Virus record (IMG/VR): IMGVR_UViG_2687453603_000006
Origin: an uncultured virus (IMG/VR IMGVR_UViG_2687453603_000006)
Taxonomy: Duplodnaviria; Heunggongvirae; Uroviricota; Caudoviricetes
Length of the DNA stretch: 20,000 nt
Strand: one strand, 5' to 3'
The stretch's first letter is position 1. Each line of letters opens with the position of its first letter. Positions 17,092-20,000 of the stretch are shown here, in pieces. Position numbers and translations under genes: made by a program. Below the pieces are notes generated by a model that was given only the letters and a program-made list of their open reading frames with translations, did no database searches and was not told where the DNA came from.

Positions 17092-17108
17092 TTTACATAA
17101 AATTTACA
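17092..17108 (-). promoter_or_regulatory. WalR-type (OmpR family) direct repeat TGTAAA-N5-TGTAAA
   Basis: Minus strand reads TGTAAA TTTTA TGTAAA, an exact fit to TGTWAH-N5-TGTWAH; an extended -10-like TGnTATATT lies downstream at 17062-17054. AT-rich context lowers significance. Confidence 0.4.
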
Positions 17109-17185
17109 AAAGTAACTTATTTGTAGCAATTGTGTGTATTTTATAGAATTTTTTTATATTCCCTAAACATTTCTTTTTTAAACAT

Positions 17186-17362
17186 TTATATTTCTTTAAA
17201 TTGTATATTAAAATCTTTTGTACTTTTTATAACTATTGTTCTCCCCTCTTCATTCGCTCTAAGAACTGTGACTATATCAAAAATATTTTCATTAGAGAAT
17301 TGTAGCAGCTCCTCTTCTGTGAAATCTCTCTCACCTTCAATTACAATTCGATATTTTTTCAT
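17186..17362 (-). CDS. Small hypothetical protein (58 aa, MKKYRIVIEGERDFTEEELLQFSNENIFDIVTVLRANEEGRTIVIKSTKDFNIQFKEI), not in ORF track
   Basis: AAAGGATGATG RBS, ATG 17362, TAA 17188-17186; own promoter and SOS box directly upstream. Confidence 0.8.
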   Translation of the reverse strand: MKKYRIVIEGERDFTEEELLQFSNENIFDIVTVLRANEEGRTIVIKSTKDFNIQFKEI

Positions 17363-17394
17363 AGTACATCATCCTTTCGCAAAATTTAAATATG

Positions 17395-17443
17395 AGAACG
17401 TTTGTTCGGTATTTATATTAAGGTAATTTTAGAACGTTGTCAA
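17395..17443 (-). promoter_or_regulatory. Sigma-A promoter with LexA (SOS/Cheo) box
   Basis: -35 TTGACA (17443-17438), 17-nt spacer, -10 TAATAT (17420-17415), then CGAACAAACGTTCT (17408-17395) matching Firmicute GAAC-N4-GTTC at the predicted +1. Confidence 0.8.
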
Positions 17444-17444
17444 C

Positions 17445-17482
17445 AAAAATAAAAAGCTCAATGGTAAATAACCAAAGAGCTT
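17445..17482 (-). terminator. Intrinsic terminator of the 549-aa gene
   Basis: Minus strand AAGCTCTTTGGT-TATTT-ACCATTGAGCTT followed by TTTATTTTT, ~15 nt after the TAG. Confidence 0.7.
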
Positions 17483-17496
17483 ACTAGATATTTGTT

Positions 17497-19146
17497 CTAC
17501 TTCGACTTATCTTCCACTAAATATTCTACTGGAATTTTGCTAAGTATTAAATCTTTTGACAGCTGTTCGTCATATTTAATAATAATTAGTTTCACATCAT
17601 TTTGATCGCAAAGTTGCTGTTTATGCTTATCTCTAGCTTGTTGTTTCTTTAAACTTTCTTCTCCTCCCCAATGCTCAACTGGTTTATAGTGTTGAATACC
17701 ATTATACTCAAAGCCTAGTTTTAATTCTGGTATATAAATATCTATTTCTAAACCTTCAAGGAAATTTGGTCTACAATGACGTTCGCACTCATAACCTTCA
17801 AATATATCTTCGACAATTCTAAACATCATAGTTTCAGATATCCAACCTTCTCCTATCTTAGCTACACCATATTCTTCTCTAAGAATATTTTCAGCTTCTT
17901 TTCCATAGATATCGTTATCTAAGTCGTTTTCTATTTGCACTTGATCAATATACCAACCATGATACTTCCTAAATTTACTATCATTACTTGAATATATACG
18001 ATTAGGAGTTGTTTTATTACATCTAAAGCAGATATTATCTTTGAATTGAATTTCATTAATTATGTCAGTATTTTCATCATTTAGATATGCTTTAATCACT
18101 GGAGGTAAACATTCTTTTACATTTAGTTTATTTACTTTTAATTTATGTAAAGCTTTTTTAGTACAACTACACATATATGGTTCTTGATCAAATGAGTCTC
18201 TAAATGCAAAGAATTTTGTCTGATGGTCTAATGGATAATAAGTTATATGTGCTCTATTGTCATCATTTAATACAAAATCAAAACTATCTCCATAGCTATA
18301 ATTTAATATTCTCTTAATTCTATTTTCGGTATGTGATACAAATTCTCTGTATTCGATTAAATATTTTTTGTATATCTTTCCTTCTAAATAAATTTCTTTA
18401 TTTTTCCAATTCTTAATTAAAAAGAATATATTTTCAATGTCATCTCTATGTTCAAGATATTCCATATCGCTAGTTACTTTTATACTATATTTATTATCTT
18501 CAAATTCAAAGTTGTCGAAACGCTTCATTAAATTGATCGCAGTCTCGAAATACTTCGATTTACTTTTAGATATTGTAATTCTTAATAAATCTTTTTCTTT
18601 ATTCAATTCGTCTAATTCATCTATGTTAGGTTTGTATTGATTAGGGTTATCTAACAAAAGTCCGTCTAATGCTCCATAATATTTACCATTTATCTCAACT
18701 TCCTCAAAACGATCATTCAAAGGATGTAGCTGTGGTCTATTATCTACAAGAACCTCTTCAATTATATTATGAATATGATTTTGAGTATCTCTACCTCTCT
18801 CAATGACATTAATAATTTCTTTAGAGTCCTTTATAGTTCCAATACTGATATAATTTGTGAAACTTCTTTTAGTATCACCATAAGTTATTCTAATAGGTTT
18901 GTTTCCTAAAGTTTCATCTAACTCTACTTGAATAACATCTTTAAAAGGAATTTTATATGCGAAATCTTCTTCTTGATTTACCATATAAATTGAATTAATT
19001 GATAAATAAAATGAACAGTATATATTTCTGTATGTGCCATCGAAGGTATACTCAAAGTTACAAACAGTTTTATAATAAATTTCAACATTGCCAAACTTCT
19101 TTTCAAGATATTCATCGTTCATTTTTAAATCAGAATAAAAGTCCAT
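17497..19146 (-). CDS. Multidomain protein with C-terminal Vsr/DUF559-like PD-(D/E)xK endonuclease domain, Cys motifs and PH-like N-terminus
   Basis: AGGAG RBS; C-terminal WISE...LEIDIYIPELKLGFEYNGIQHY...QARDKHKQQLCDQNDVKLIIIKY fits the Vsr-like E-x-[DN]-G-x-x-H and RDxxK pattern; CSC and CFRC motifs; KIPFKDVIQVEL...IRITYG resembles bacterial PH domains. Confidence 0.75.
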   Translation of the reverse strand: MDFYSDLKMNDEYLEKKFGNVEIYYKTVCNFEYTFDGTYRNIYCSFYLSINSIYMVNQEEDFAYKIPFKDVIQVELDETLGNKPIRITYGDTKRSFTNYISIGTIKDSKEIINVIERGRDTQNHIHNIIEEVLVDNRPQLHPLNDRFEEVEINGKYYGALDGLLLDNPNQYKPNIDELDELNKEKDLLRITISKSKSKYFETAINLMKRFDNFEFEDNKYSIKVTSDMEYLEHRDDIENIFFLIKNWKNKEIYLEGKIYKKYLIEYREFVSHTENRIKRILNYSYGDSFDFVLNDDNRAHITYYPLDHQTKFFAFRDSFDQEPYMCSCTKKALHKLKVNKLNVKECLPPVIKAYLNDENTDIINEIQFKDNICFRCNKTTPNRIYSSNDSKFRKYHGWYIDQVQIENDLDNDIYGKEAENILREEYGVAKIGEGWISETMMFRIVEDIFEGYECERHCRPNFLEGLEIDIYIPELKLGFEYNGIQHYKPVEHWGGEESLKKQQARDKHKQQLCDQNDVKLIIIKYDEQLSKDLILSKIPVEYLVEDKSK

Positions 19147-19214
19147 TCCTATTTCTCCTAATTTATTAATTTAATTATCTTATATTTTACAATACTTTTA
19201 ATAATAATAAATAC

Positions 19215-19254
19215 AAAAAATAACCCCTTGATTAAGAAATCAAAGAGTTATTTT
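19215..19254 (-). terminator. Intrinsic terminator downstream of sasX/sesI
   Basis: Minus strand AAAATAACTCTTTGATT-loop-AATCAAGGGGTTATTTTTT. Confidence 0.75.
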
Positions 19255-19298
19255 GGAGTTTAGATTTTATTGTGTTTTATGGATATGATACTTATAAA

Positions 19299-19913
19299 TT
19301 ATTTAGAATTAGAAGTACGTCTAAATGCTAATAATGAACCAGCTGCTAATAATACTGAAGCAATGATTGTTACTAAACCAGAATTAGATTGTCCGCCTGT
19401 TTCTGGTAACGCTTTTGTTGTTGTTTGAGCTTCGTTAGTTTGAGTTGATTGAGTTGATTGTGTATTGTTTTCTTGAGTAGAAACATTGTTATCAGTTGTA
19501 GCAGTAGTGTTGTTATTTGTTGCTGCTTGAGTATTGTCAGTGCTTTGTGTATTGTTTGGTGCGTCAATTGTTAATACATTGTTTGCGTCTCTAGGAGTCT
19601 GAGCTTCAATACGTCCATCTTTATAAACTTTTGCAGCACCTACACCATTGTCTTTTTCACCAGAAAAAATAACAGTATAATAGTCACCATTGTCTTTTAC
19701 TCCATTGTCTTTATCAGTAACGCCACCACCGTGTCCTCCAATTGATACAGAACCCGCTTCAGTATATTTTGAACCAATAGCATTTTTAGCATAATCTCTA
19801 ACATTTGAGTCATTTACATAATCAGCTGCATGTGCATTATGTGTAGCTCCTACACCTGTAAATAATAATGCTCCCGCTAATGTAGTTGTTGCTAAAACTT
19901 TAGATTTTTTCAT
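19299..19913 (-). CDS. sasX: LPXTG cell-wall-anchored surface protein SasX/SesI family (204 aa)
   Basis: True start ATG 19913 with GGGAGG RBS (not 20000); signal peptide MKKSKVLATTTLAGALLFTGVGATHNAHA, Thr/Asn/Gln-rich stalk, LPETG, TM helix, RR tail. Recognised as sasX/sesI from sequence and SPbeta-like context; the allele (sasX, sesI or shsA) cannot be resolved by eye. Confidence 0.85.
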   Translation of the reverse strand: MKKSKVLATTTLAGALLFTGVGATHNAHAADYVNDSNVRDYAKNAIGSKYTEAGSVSIGGHGGGVTDKDNGVKDNGDYYTVIFSGEKDNGVGAAKVYKDGRIEAQTPRDANNVLTIDAPNNTQSTDNTQAATNNNTTATTDNNVSTQENNTQSTQSTQTNEAQTTTKALPETGGQSNSGLVTIIASVLLAAGSLLAFRRTSNSK

Positions 19914-19973
19914 TTTTATTTTCCTCCCAAAAAATAATATGTAATCACGGTTTAAATATTCAACCCGTGTATA

Positions 19974-19992
19974 ATTAATGATAAACATTAGA
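19974..19992. promoter_or_regulatory. Candidate Fur box upstream of sasX/sesI
   Basis: TAATGATAAACATTA (19976-19990) matches 14 of the 15 central bases of GATAATGATAATCATTATC and contains a minus-strand TATCAT -10 candidate. Confidence 0.5.
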
Positions 19993-20000
19993 GTGGACAT

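Larger units (their letters stand above)
1..20000. mobile_element. Part of a staphylococcal SPbeta-like prophage (tail, lysis and accessory modules)
   Basis: Contiguous tail/fibre, holin and endolysin genes followed by oppositely oriented cargo that includes sasX/sesI, which is known to be carried by phiSPbeta-like staphylococcal prophages. No att site or integrase in the window. Confidence 0.9.

Noticed and set aside
16526..17185. Type I toxin-antitoxin locus (SprG/BsrG-like) after the lysin
   Set aside because: The small peptides found lack a transmembrane stretch and no convergent antitoxin promoter/terminator pair was evident.
17130..17426. 98-aa plus-strand ORF
   Set aside because: Antisense shadow of the 58-aa minus-strand gene, which has the RBS, promoter and LexA box.
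18437..19567. ORFs 18437-18640 (+) and 19373-19567 (-)
   Set aside because: Nested in the nuclease and sasX genes; no independent support.
19914..20000. N-terminal extension of the LPXTG ORF to 20000
   Set aside because: RBS and signal peptide place the start at 19913; the extension is a window-edge artefact.

Overview
AT-rich staphylococcal DNA covering the late region and adjacent accessory region of a large SPbeta-like temperate phage, of the type known from S. epidermidis RP62A and S. aureus ST239. The host species cannot be fixed from this window. On the + strand (1-16525): a 5'-truncated giant modular tail protein (>2670 aa), two small ORFs, a BppU-N/CBM/peptidase-S74 tail fibre, two membrane proteins, an SPP1-family holin, a collagen-like fibre with a coupled partner, and a mosaic CHAP-amidase_3-SH3-like endolysin. 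On the - strand (16600-19913) is a cargo block: a disrupted or split small ORF, an unannotated 58-aa ORF behind a sigma-A promoter with a consensus LexA box, a 549-aa protein with a PH-like N-terminus, Cys motifs and a Vsr/DUF559-like nuclease domain (candidate anti-phage defence), and the LPETG surface protein SasX/SesI. The cargo block carries candidate sites for three host regulators (LexA, WalR-type, Fur). All family assignments are from motif recognition and recall, not database searches.
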